Assembly: GCA_032718475.1 (NCBI GenBank)
Contig: JAUCBJ010009036.1
Location: forward strand, 11,756-75,755
Direction of reading: 5' to 3'
Origin: Nemertoderma westbladi
Lineage: Eukaryota > Animalia > Xenacoelomorpha
DNA: 64,000 bases
Positions 39,685 through 51,929 of the stretch are shown piece after piece. How positions within the stretch are numbered: position 1 is the first letter of the stretch; each line of letters starts with the position of its first letter. Below the pieces are notes generated by a model that saw nothing but the letters and a program-made list of their open reading frames with translations, searched no databases and had not been told where the DNA came from. The translations under genes and the position numbers were made by a program.

Positions 39685-40227
39685 ATTTACGATTATATCC
39701 GTTACAAATTAGATCAGTTAATTATAAGTCCAGAAAGTCTGAAACTATAGCGATAGCAGAATAATTCAGTTTTTTTTATTTAATTCAGTTTATTAAATAA
39801 TATTGCTATATAGACATCTATCATCTTATTGCTAATACATTCAGCATTTACAGTTACTATAGCTATACATTAATATCCAACCAGTTTTTTATGACTTTTT
39901 TGTCCTTTTCTTTATTCTAATTCTTTTCTTTAGACTTTTTTATACCTTTTTTTTGTCTTTTTTCATTTCATTATTATTTCATCTCATTTCATTTATTTCC
40001 ACATATATTTCATCATTTAGTTCCACCATTTATTCCACATTTATTTATTTCCACATCATCATTGGGTTTATAGCCCCCCGGCTATCATCATTGGTTATAA
40101 GCGCAGCACCAGGGTGCGCATCATTACATTTTCATCAGCATACGCGTCATCATTCAGGTTTATAGTAGAGTTGTCTGATCCTTTTCATCGTTTCCAACTA
40201 TATTCAATCATTTTCTTTGGTTAATCT

Positions 40228-40660
40228 TTGTCGTGGAAGGGGTGTTACGCGGCAATCTGGGATCTACAGCTGGACTCGTTACACCGCCTACGCCCCAAAC
40301 TGCGCACGTAACGGACAATGACGACGCTGGGAGTGAAGTCACGTGGATGCACCATGGACCCACCAGAATAACACTCCCAACAACATAAAGCTCAGTCGAC
40401 GAAGTCATGTGGGATGGGGTTACGCAACATTCTGGGATCTACAGCTGGACTCGTTTTACCGCCTACGCCCCAAAATCCACGTAACGGTCCCACCAGAATA
40501 ACGCGACTGAGAAACATAAAACCCTCTATCGTCGAAGTCATGTGGATGCACCATGGACCCACCAGAATAACGGGATAGAGGGGGTGTTGCGCGGCAATCC
40601 GGGATCTACAGCTGGACTCGTTACACCGCCTACGCCCCGAACTGCGCACGCAACGGACAA
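40228..40660 (-). ncRNA. Predicted structured-RNA repeat array between integrase and ORF3
   Basis: Two module types, three copies each, with different but perfectly pairing closing stems and compensatory changes. Confidence 0.65.
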
Positions 40661-40933
40661 CATAACATACTGCGATGAATACAATGAATTCCACTTCGAA
40701 TCTTTTCCATTTCCAATAATCCAATATCGTAGGTCCTGATGACCAAAATCAGGGTAAACAATGCATAAACGACCCTGCGTCAGTCGAAACATCTGCAGGG
40801 TGATGCTGGACTCCACATAACACACGAGGAAACACAAATACCATTGCGTGGTTACAGTTGGTTTAAAGGGGGTCCATAATTCGTTGTCGATAAATCACAG
40901 TTTAAAGGAGTTTGTCAACATGATGAGAAGGGT

Positions 40934-43900
40934 TTACACGGTTTTGTAATTGTCACCAATGTCTGCAGCAGGATCCGTAGTAGGGAACTTATCACCTCTT
41001 GTAGAATCACCACTGTCATTGCCTTCAAGAAGGCACAGCCTCTGGATAGGGCGTTGGTAGTGGCCCTTTTTATAATTGTCACCAATGTCCGCAGCAGGAT
41101 CTTGAGTAGGGAACTTATCACCTCTCGTAGAATCACCACTGTCGTTGCCTTCGAGAAGGCACAGCTTCTGGATAGGGCGTTGGTAGTGGCCCTTTGCCGT
41201 TCGTATCGTCACAGTCCTCGCAAGTCCGTCTTTGCTTGGGTGTATGGTCACGACCCGCGCCACAGGCCAGTGAACGCGGTCTTTGAGATCTTCTTTAACT
41301 AGTACCATGTCGCCAACTGCGACGTTCCGGTAGGTGTTGTTCCATTTCCTCCTGGTCCGGAGGGTTATGAGGTACTCCTGGGCCCAAATTCTCCACCAAT
41401 GCGCTGCCAACGCTTGGGCCTTTTTCCAGTTTGTATGTTTCGCGATCTCGTTGGGATCCGGGAACATGGTTTCCGGGAGAACGTGGGTTTTGGGTCTCCC
41501 CAGTAAGTGGTTAGGAGTGAGGGGCTGCAGGTCTGTGGGGTCGTCGCGGATAGGGACAATAGGTCGGTTGTTCAGGGTAGCCGTGATCTCGCAGAATGTT
41601 GTGCGGAGGGTGTCATGGGTTACCCGGGTATCGCCTAGAGCGACGCGCATGGATCGTTTCACTAGGTCGATCAGTTTCTCCCATACCCCGCTCGTATGGG
41701 GTGCTAAGGGGGTCTGGAAGTGCCACTGTATCTGGTGTTCCTTCCAGACTTGGGATGCGGTGTTATCGGTAAACCATCCCTCGATCGCCTCTCTAAGTTC
41801 TCTTTCTCCTCCCACAAAGTTTGTACCATTATCGGAATACATGTGGCGGCATGTCCCGTTTTTCGCCACGAACCGACGCAGAGCGTTGATGAATGCGTGT
41901 TGTGTCAGATTTACCACGATATCTAGGTAAATTGCCCTAGACCTTAGGCAGGTGAAGATGGCGCTTTTTATCAACAAACATCCCCTTTTTGTCATAGGCT
42001 TGGGTAGGGGTTTATATTTGAAGATGAATTCGTCTGATTCTATGTCCCATTCAATCCCAAGTACATGATGTTCCACATCCTCCGAATACATTTTGTTATT
42101 TTCCAGCCGGATGTCCTCCGGAAACTTTTCCATAAGTGTTTTGTCGTGGGATCTGAACTTCACGAGCGGAAACCCTCCTTTCTTCAGACATTCTACCATC
42201 CCCATTGCTAGCCGATATGCCTCATCCACATTATCCGCGCCGGCGCATCCGTCGTCCACATAGAAGCATCGTTGAATGGTTTCTATGACGGTTGGAGGGA
42301 ACTGTTAGTTGCTAATAGTTGCTGTCCTCTTTAGCATGTCACTGCATGCTACCGGCGAGTCCTTAGCGCCGAAGATCCTGACGACCATACGCATTACGTC
42401 TACGTCCTTGATCGTGAGTTGGCTAATCTCCTGTTGAGTAAGCGTTTTATCCGTCCATAGGATACGTAGACAGTCCAAGTCTCTTGGTAACGTATGAACT
42501 TGATGAAACATGGCCTTGATGTCACAGGTGAATGCTACCCGGTTTTCCCTGAACCTGATCAATACGCCGATGAGTGTACTATATATGTTGGGTCCCGTGT
42601 AAAGCTGACTGTTTAGGGATTCGCCCTGGTACATAGCGGCAGCATCATTTACCACTCGGATTTTCCCACCTTTGCGGGCTTCTACTACATAGTGGGTTGG
42701 GAGATAATATGTTCTTTCACCACCTTGCAGTTCATTCCGTGGTACCATTTCTGCTAATCCATCATCGAGATATCCTTGGATTACGGTATTATATTTCTCC
42801 TTTATCTCGGGTTGGTCATTCAGCCGGCGTAGAATCCCTTTAAGTCGCCTAAGTGCCATGCTGGCGTTGTTTGCCATTGGTTTGTTTGGATCCTTCCATA
42901 ACATAGGTGAACACCAATGTCCGTCTTTAAACGTGGCCTGGTCGAGAACGTCCATACAATATTGGTCCTCTTCGGATGGGTTTTCGTCCTTTTCCGCGAA
43001 CTCCTGGGTCTCCAAATTAAAATATTTCGTCATCTCTCGTTGGGTTTTCTCGGTTTCCAGAAACAAATCCTCGTCAAGATCCGAAGCTGAGCAATAACCC
43101 ACAGAGGTTACATTCTCTTTAATCTGACATTTAGGAAGGTAGGTATAGGTGTCCGTAGTTTCCTCCTTAATGCCGCAGAGTGTCCATCCCATTATTGTTC
43201 GTTCAGCATAAAATCCATCATCCTGGTTTATGGATCGAGCGATATCTCTGGTGGGGATGTGTAGTTCCGGTGTATCAAGTCCGATCAGTAGGGTGATACG
43301 GTTCACGTCCAACTGCGGACACCTCAGGTCTACATCGTCTCGGTCCAATTGTATGAGGGGGGCGTACTCGGCTGATTGTCGGAATCGCACCCGGAGGTCT
43401 GTGTGTACCAAGGCGTTCTTGATGGTTAACTTAGCCGTTTCGTAGCCCTTCATCACTCCTTCCATCTGGAGTTGTACCTCCCCGGACTCTACTTCTCTGT
43501 TATCGGTGATGGTTCGTATGGGCCGTTTACAAGGTTCATATTCTAGGCCGAGTTGCTCGAGGAAATCCCGGTCGATGATGGTTCCATCAGACCCGTTATC
43601 GAGGAACGCGAGTGTCGTCAAAGATTTGCCGACTCCTTGGATCCTTACTGGGATTACCTTTGCGAAAACCATGTAGCGGCGATTTATAAGATTAATCGTG
43701 GCCGAAATATTGGTTACTTGTGGTGTATCGGTGGAGATTTTAAACGGGTTGGTTTCTCTCCGTTGGGTTGTCCGGGTTCCTTTGAAGATGTGGTTTGTTT
43801 CTCCTCTTCGCCTGGCTTCGATCCGAAAGGGGAGGGTAGTAAAATCGAAGTTCGCGGGGATGTGGAGGAGCGTGTGATGGCGTTGGTCGTTACAGACAGC

Positions 43901-46258
43901 ACAGCATGATCTTTGGTCGCACTCCCGAACATAGTGACCTGTTCCAAGACACCGGAAGCATCCTCGGTGTTTCATTATCGCCTCGAAGCGTGGGACGAGT
44001 TCGGCGAACTGAAACTTTCTGCAGAATTCCACTTTATGTTTCTCCCCACAGAAGAGACAGAGTAGGGAATTTGTGATGCCTTCCCTTTCGGGTGCCCAAC
44101 TCGCGAGATAACATGCCCATTCCTCGGCGGATGTCGGTTCCTCGTAGTCTTCGTCGTCGGAATCCTCGGCCATGGTAATGGCCATCGTACTTACCGGTGG
44201 GGGGCGGAATCTCGGTTTCGGAGGGGTTATCTTACTCCTGGAGTTGCTCTCTATTCCGTCCAACTTTGCGAGACTCTGTTTTGAAAACATCGAGTCATTC
44301 ATGGCTTCGGAGATATCGTCCAGGAATGCCGACATTTCAAGGAAGCTAGGATCTCGATCTGGATGTCTGCGCCGGAGATCTACACATTTATAAGCCCACT
44401 TACTTTGTAGCCATCCGGGGAACTTCTTGGCGATCTGTCGGAGGTTTAGAATGTTGTTCACCTGGTCCTCCTTATTTAAGGGTTTTAGAGTATAGTAGGC
44501 ATCCTTCATAGAGTCGGAGAATTCCTGTATGTTCTGTGGGTCCCCTAGTGATCCCGCGTCCTGTATCAGTCTCTCTAGAGTTTTATTAATTATAGTTCCG
44601 GTATTTCCGTATCTTTTATCCAGAGTTTTCCATGCGTCATAGTATGCCTCATGAGAACCTCCTTCAAAACATGCAATAATTCTGCGTGGTTTGTCACCCA
44701 GGTATTGCGATAAATATACCAATTTCTGTGCGTCGGCTATGTCCGTTGATCCGATCTGCGCAAAGAACCGTTTCTTGAATCTGAGGTAATCGACGGGATC
44801 TCCTTCAAAGGTGCGAATCTCCATCTTAGGCATGGCAAGGCGGTTCTCCAACGCCCGGATGATGCTGACGTCGTCTGAACTGGAGTGACTCGGAGGGTTA
44901 TAGTTATTGGCACTCACTCCCATACTTGATGGATCAATAATAGGTGGAGTTTTAATAATGACGCGGCTACGAGTTTGTGGTATTGATGTAAATGGGTTGT
45001 TCGATCGGGGAGTGGCGTCCTGTTCCGAGTCCTTTTCAGGCTCGTACTTGGGTACACTCGCTGTCGTGGTGTTGGATGGGAAATAAGGTTCCTCATTCTT
45101 TAGCGTAGCCGGTGGGGGATGGAACACCGGGGCTTGTGCCGATAGCGTAGACTGTTTGGTAGGCGGGATCTCGGGTTTCGGAGGTTTCGCCGCTGTTGGT
45201 GTAAATGACTTTTCTAATTCCGGTACCGGAATTGGTTCATATTCCTGATCTATATCCCTTTCCCAGTCCTCGTAGAGTTGAATATCTCGTTCTATAAGTG
45301 CGGCTTCGTATTCTGCGAGTTTTGCAATATCCGCATTCTTTTTGTGGATGAGAATTGCTTGGGCCTCGGCGTGTTGTTTACGCATTTCCGCTTCCCATTT
45401 ACGTTGTTCAATCTCTCATTCGGCCTCTCGTCCGCGTTGTTCGGCCTCCTGTTTGCGTTGTTCGGCCTGTCGTTCGTCCTCTCGTCTATGTTGTTCGGCC
45501 TGCCGTTCGGCCTCCTGTTTGCGTTGTTCGGCCTGCCGTTCGGCCTCTCGTCTATGTTGTTCGGCCTCCTGTTCGCGTTGTTCGGCCTGCCGTTCGGCCG
45601 CTTGTTCGGCCTCTCGCTTTTGTGTTTCGGCGGCTAATACATCTTGCTCGGCTTGCAGTTGAATATACTCATCTTCCATCCGAGCTTTGAGGGCTAATGC
45701 CTTCCGTTCTCGCAGTTGGTCTCGGAGTGGCGGCGCCCCTTGAGAACTGCGCGCTGAGCCGGATATCTCGCTCCTAGCGCTGGAGTGCTGATTTCTAACG
45801 GACCCCGTTCTCTTTCGATGTACTGCTGTCCTGATGCTGGAGGATCGTACTGATTCCGCGTCTGTTCTTTCAGCCCTCTTGTAATACTGTTCCTCATAGC
45901 CTCTCACAAGGCTGAGGGTCCTCCGGTGTTGTTTGCGGAACCCATCTAGATGTACAACGTGTTCTTCCAACTTGGGGTAGTTTTCCAGATCGGTGGGGGG
46001 AACGAGCTCTTGGTACGCCTGTATCATTCTTTCGTACCGCTGTAGGATATTTCGGATACTTTGAAGCTGAGTTTGTACCTCATTGAGGGGGGTTTTGACT
46101 CCCTTGAGTTGTTTCTCCATCCGTTGATACGCTCGGGTTACTCCGCCTTTAAGAGCCCCTAACCGACGGGTCATGTTCTTGACGTTTGGTACCTCGTCGG
46201 CTTCCGAGTCTGTGTGGTGATCCATCTCGTCGGTATCGGATACGTTATTTGTTGTCAT
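40934..46258 (-). pseudogene. BEL gag-pol, single frame, with two stops and an RNase H / integrase N-terminal deletion
   Basis: TGA at 45416-45418 and TAA at 42305-42307 are in frame; MTKRGCLL is joined directly to IKSAIFTCLRSRAIYLD near 41975. Confidence 0.93.
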
Positions 46259-46446
46259 TGTAACGCCTCGTCGATGGCTAGATACGCGATGTCGTAAAAC
46301 AGTTCCTCGTAGGTATTGTACTCAGCTTGGACCACCCGAACAGTAATCCTGAATCGTCCGACGTTCGTTCCTTGTACTTCAACTTCGACGTGCCAGATTC
46401 CTGGCTCAACTTGAATTATATCAATGGGTGTGATCGATACTTCCAT
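46255..46446 (-). CDS. 63-aa upstream ORF whose stop overlaps the gag start (ATGA)
   Basis: ATG start; TGA 46257-46255 overlaps gag ATG 46258-46256; no homology recognised. Confidence 0.4.
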   Translation of the reverse strand: MEVSITPIDIIQVEPGIWHVEVEVQGTNVGRFRITVRVVQAEYNTYEELFYDIAYLAIDEALQ

Positions 46447-46696
46447 TCCCTGTTAACAACTCTCCAAATATGTGATCTGCCGACTACGAGTTGGTTAGAT
46501 CGAGTTTGTTGATTAATTAAACCACGACTTTGTCTCAACTCAAATACCAGAGTTTCCTCGTAGTGGGTGCTGGCAAGCACGTAGAGAGTTTTGAAGAGTA
46601 TTGAAGGATTCTCAACTTCCACCAGTTGAAGTTGACCGTAATTATTCTTAATTTTGACACCCTGTCAAAATTAACCGCATTAATTATTCTTAATTT

Positions 46697-48297
46697 TGTT
46701 GCCGTTATCCCAACACCAGGGGGGAAAAACGCCGATGCTGGAGACGTGACTTTACAGACCACTGAGCCCCGGCCAGTCACCGGATATTGATTTTGGAGAA
46801 GGAATGATTTCTGAGATGCAGGGTTGCGGTTGAGAAAAAGCTGCATTAGTTGGATATACTCTTTAATGTAACTGAACTCTGTTGAACCTTGTTGAACCCT
46901 GATTAAGAATAATTTTGGGCTTCCCCAAATCAATATACACCAAATATTCACAATAATTATACACGATAATATAAATCAAAACAGTATATTATTTAATTAC
47001 CCACTGTTCGCTCAGATTTTAGCCTACCTAATGTTCCCCAGATTTTCCCTCGGTCCTAGTCTTAGTGCCGTAGTGTCGGTGTCGGTCGACCCTGTCGCGT
47101 GTCCGTTCCACCCCTCACGAACCCCGAAGGGAACGATCATCGAGAACCAGCACGGCTTGGCTAAGGGTCGGTCCAGTCGGTAGACTCTGTCGCGTATCCG
47201 TACCACCCCTCTCGAACCCCGAAGGGTTCGGTCATCGAGAACCAGTACGGCTTGGCTAGGAGTCTGTCGTGTCGGTGGACCCGTTCGCGTGTCCGTTCCA
47301 CCCCTCACGAACCCCAAAGGGTTCGATCATCGAGAACCAGAACGGCTTGGCTAGGGGTCCGTCGTTTCATCACAGAAACCCAACCACCTAGGCTTTCCGA
47401 GTCCCTTTCAGGCTCGTAGTCGCTTCGGCAGCCGAGAAACTGCTCCGAACAGTCGGTAGGCCAGTAGAGTCTAGTCGAGTCTAGTCCTTTGTCTTTCGAC
47501 CCCATCGCGTGTCCGTTCCACCCATCACTAACCCCGAAGGGAACGATCATCGAGAACCAGTACGGCTTGGCTAAGGGGTCTGTCGTCGGTTCCCGTCGCA
47601 AATCCCAGTACAAGCAGTCAGCGTTCCGAGTTCTTTTCAGTCTCATAGTAGCTGCCGTTGACCAGAGACCGCTAAGGGCAGTTCTCGTCAAACCCGTCCT
47701 GTGGCCAGCCCTTTCGCATGTCCGTCCCACCCCTCGCGAACCCCGAAGGGATCGGTCATCGAGAACCAGTACGGCTTAGCTCAGGGGGCAGTCGTTAGTT
47801 GGCCACCCGTTCGCGTGTCCGCTCCACCCCTCACGAACCCCGAAGGGAACGATCATCGAGAACCAGAACGGCTTGGCTACTAAGGGGCCGTCGTTTCCCG
47901 TCGCAAATCCCTGACACAAGCAGTCAGCGGTCCGAGTTCTTTTCAGTCTCGTAATGGCTGCTGTTGGCCAGGGACCACTAAGGGCAGTCCTTGTCCTTTA
48001 GGCCTGGCGCATTACCAAATCCACCCCTACAGGCAGCAGGAAGTTGGCCAGGGCCTAATAGTACTCAGGCTAACCTGAATACTGCTTGCATTTTCCATCC
48101 CCCCCTGGCCCTTATAACTATGAAATTATTCCCGTACCCTGTAAGTTGCCCCAAAGTTCGCCCATAAATCGCCCCCAGTTTATTGAATGTGCCCAAAACC
48201 CATGGTCCCGCACCCAGTAGTAATATCGGAATAATCAATTTTAAATAAATACAAAAATAATCAACTCGCGTTATGGAAAGTTGAAATACCGCGAACA
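46697..48297 (-). repeat. 5' LTR
   Basis: Direct repeat of 35318-36918. Confidence 0.97.
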
Positions 48298-48754
48298 CCG
48301 GTATTAGTATATAGAGCACTATTTTGCAGTATTGCTGTATTGTATGTACAGATGTAGGTATAAAGCAGGAATTTTAGGTATTTTAGTACCGGTACCGGCA
48401 CCGGTACTGCTGTAGGCCTACTGTGTAGCCTACCATTTAAATACGGCTATGGTAGGCCTACCGGCTGACCGGTTGTGCTAATAAATAGGATAGTACGGAT
48501 GCTACTGTACCTACAACCTTAACTGGAATGGTTTTCCTGTTTTGGTTACCGGATGCACAGGTCTAAAACATTTCACCCACTATGTGTGATTTAATTTGAC
48601 AGGTGAAGAAATTGTATTAATTTTATTTGAAATATAATTTAATTGAATTTATGTAATTTGAAATGTAAATCAATGATGGTGTCTCTTTAATAAGCTGTCC
48701 CATTCTGCCATTCCCTCAAATGTTCATGACATAGTTTATTGTTATGTTCATGGC

Positions 48755-48945
48755 ATAGTGTATTGTTTTGGTTAGAAAAGACCATCTATGTAACCTGCTC
48801 CTTTCCTTCATTTGGTATCGTGATTGTTTATTGTTTTGGTTAGAAAATCCCGCCTCTGTAACCTTCTCATTTCCTTCATTTGGTAAAGTGACTGTTTGTT
48901 GTTTTGGTAAGACAATCCGGCCTTAACCTGCTCCTTTCCATCAAT
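48755..48945. repeat. Degenerate ~60-bp tandem repeat x3; related copies near 24430 and 56660
   Basis: ttattgttttggttagaaaa..gtaacctgctcctttcc motif. Confidence 0.6.
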
Positions 48946-49527
48946 TGGTAATTGTTTTTGGCTATAAAATGAGTGTTTTGCTACGTCATGTGGTAATCGA
49001 TTATCGACAACAACCACAAACTATTAAATTTAGAGTCTTTTACCACAGACGCAAATGGAAATCTATCTCATAGTCTATAAATCATGGAATTTTGAATGTT
49101 TTGGCACAGGCATAGTGAAACCAACTGTCCGACAGACCAGAAATCAACAAATTTTGAATGTGAAATGAATTAAAGGGAAAACAAGTCATTATGCACAATT
49201 CGTAAAAATAGGAGGACAAAAAAAGTCAAATAAAAGAACATAAAAAATCACTGTCGAATAATACATTCCCTTCAAAGAACTTAATAAATAATACCCGTGC
49301 AATCCGCAAGGTGGTGCACTGCACCGGTACCATTATTTATCTGATTTTAGGCTTGTTTGGCTAGCAGATAGTGTCGTTCAAACACTGCCTATTCCTATAC
49401 CGGTACCTGGTACCAGTATACCAATACAGCAATACTGAAAGCAGGCAAGGCAGCAAGGTAGTACCAGTCTGCCACTGCCAGTCAGCCAGTATAGTGATGT
49501 AAATACGAATTTATGACCATAACTCTG

Positions 49528-50086
49528 CAACTTGCTAACTTTCTGAACTTCGGTTCGGTTCGGCCCGACTGCCCGAAGTTGGCCCTGCCCCTGCTTCGCT
49601 TCGGCTGTTCGGTTCGGCCCCATACCTGCATACTGCGGTACAGCCATAACAGCATAAAGTGCCTTCTGTTGAACCCTAACTGTGAGGCGTAGGCTAGGTG
49701 CTAGGCCTATATATATAATATCAAAATATACAGATATAACATTTTTAAACTATGAAAGTGATTAGGTTAGTGTCAGTAGGCAGGTAGGTCAGTACTGCAG
49801 TAGGTACATACATCAGTACATTACTGACCTACCTGCCTACTGACACTGACCTAATCACTTTCATAGTTTAAAAAGTTATATTTTGATATTATATAGGCCT
49901 AGCCTACGTCGCTACGTCTCACAGTCAGACAGTTAGGGTTCAACAGAAGGCACTTTACTGCTTTATGCTGTTATGGCTGTACCGCAGTATGGGGCCGAAC
50001 CGAACTGCCGAACAGCCGAAGCGAAGCAGGGCCAACTTCGGGCAGTCGGGCCGAACCGAACCGAAGTTCAGAAAGTTAGCAAGTTG
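49528..50086. repeat. ~560-bp palindrome of two back-to-back hAT ends plus mirrored flank
   Basis: ..ttctgttgaacccta ends at 49678 and tagggttcaacagaa starts at 49934; arms mirror around ~49795-49822. Confidence 0.88.
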
Positions 50087-51929
50087 TATTGTATTGTATT
50101 TGCTCTCCATAACATAATTAAACTGCATAAAATGGATAATGGACATTTCAAAATATTATACAGTAAATAAACAATATTATAGTTATGTTTTGAATAGGAG
50201 GGAGAAGACCGCCAAGGCATATAGCACTAATAGGGGTCCCAAGTGAAAGTAAAATATTATCATATATTTAAAATATACTCCAAAAATATAAAATAAAAAT
50301 AAAATAGGGGAACGCACCGATCGCACATGTACGTACGTATACTAATTGGATAAGATATTTTATAACAAGTAAAGGGTCTGACTAGGGTTCAACAGAAGGC
50401 ACTTTATGGTGCCGAACCGAACCGAACCGAAGCAGGGCCAACTTCGGGCCGAACCGAACCGAATCCGAACCGAAGTTCAGAAAGTTAGCAAGTTATGGTC
50501 ATAAATTCGTCTTTACGTCACTATACTGGCTGACTGGCAGTGGCAGACTGGTACCTATCAGTAGGGAACACATGCCCGAAATGGCAGCACAGGCGCACTG
50601 CCATTTTTGAAAATTGCACTGCCATATTAGGCAGTTTTACCCTAAATTTTGTATAAAATTTCAATTTTTATACACTTCCTGCAGGAAGGGCCCCACTTTT
50701 ATTTCATTGGATGAAAATATGATATATATTGGAGGTAAATTCAAAATTCGGTAGAGTTTCATGGTTGGGTTTCAGAGATATTTTACATTAAAAATTGTTA
50801 GTCCAAAACATGCACTGCCTAAAATGGCAGTGCAAAACAGCCCTCCATATTTTCTGTTAACTTTATTAGGATGACCTTACGTTTTCAGCCAATAGGAGGC
50901 CAATTACTCAGGTTACCTTCAGATCATGTGGTATGGCTGCTGCTTCCACTACAGCACTAGTATTTACATATAATATTTACACATAATAATTTACACATAA
51001 TAATTTAGTAGGTAATATATAATATATAAGTCAGTAAGTAATACATAAGTACAGTATATTATTGCAAGAAGTGCTATATTTTGATTTACCGGTCAGTCGG
51101 TAGTATCATGAATGTCAGTGTGTTACTATTTTTGTGATTAACATATTGGTAATTTTTTTATTCTGTTCCATTTAATTATTTGTTTGCCTATTATTTTAAT
51201 ATACTTTTAGTTGCATTTGATTTACAGTATAGCATATTTACAATTTCCTTTAGAGGCTGTGAGCGTGGGAAGTGATAGATTCATAATAAATTGTTTAGGG
51301 ATATGTTTGTATCTGACATATAATAAACTAAATAAAGGAATAATACATTGCCGATATCTTACATGTATAACTACTGACTACTGTACTGTAGTAAACTCAG
51401 TATTTTAATCTAATAGGCCTTCAATTATATTATATTGTATTACTATATCTTATTTTTTTATTTATTATATTCTTACGATGGAAGATGATGAAGAAGCACT
51501 TCTAATTTTTAATGATATCCAATGTGAACAGTACGAAATACAAAATAGCATTACCAATACTACAGTTGAAAATGAATTTAATGATTCGGAGGAGGGTGAG
51601 GAAGCTGTTATGCAAACTATATCAGACAATGCTCTACAGTTGGTACTTGAAAGCGAATATGTAATGACTCGCGGCAAGAACCAGACGATGACTGGCAGCC
51701 AGAGGTAGAAGGCTCAAGTGAAAGTAGCAATGATACATTGGTGTTGGGGAATCATGGCCGCCTGTGGACATTCTCCGAACTGTATAGAGGATGTGAAGGA
51801 ATTGAGGAGGGGAATGCTGATGCTGGTGTTGGAGGGATTGTGGTGGGTGGTAGTGGAGCTGAAGGGATTGTGGCAAGTAATGGTCCAGGGGACAGGATTG
51901 TGGTGGGTAATGCTGGAGGTGAGGTAGAA

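Larger units (their letters stand above)
35318..48297 (-). mobile_element. BEL/Pao LTR retrotransposon with extra ORF; non-autonomous copy
   Basis: Two 1601-bp TG..CA LTRs; TSD CCGGT at 35313-35317 and 48298-48302; BEL-type triple zinc knuckle, protease LDNGS, RT YVDD, integrase core. Confidence 0.97.

Noticed and set aside
40730-40815. Hammerhead ribozyme candidate (CTGATGA..CGAAAC) on the plus strand
   Set aside because: No NUH cleavage triplet after stem III (reads GCT), stem II is not closed next to the core, and stem I is weak.
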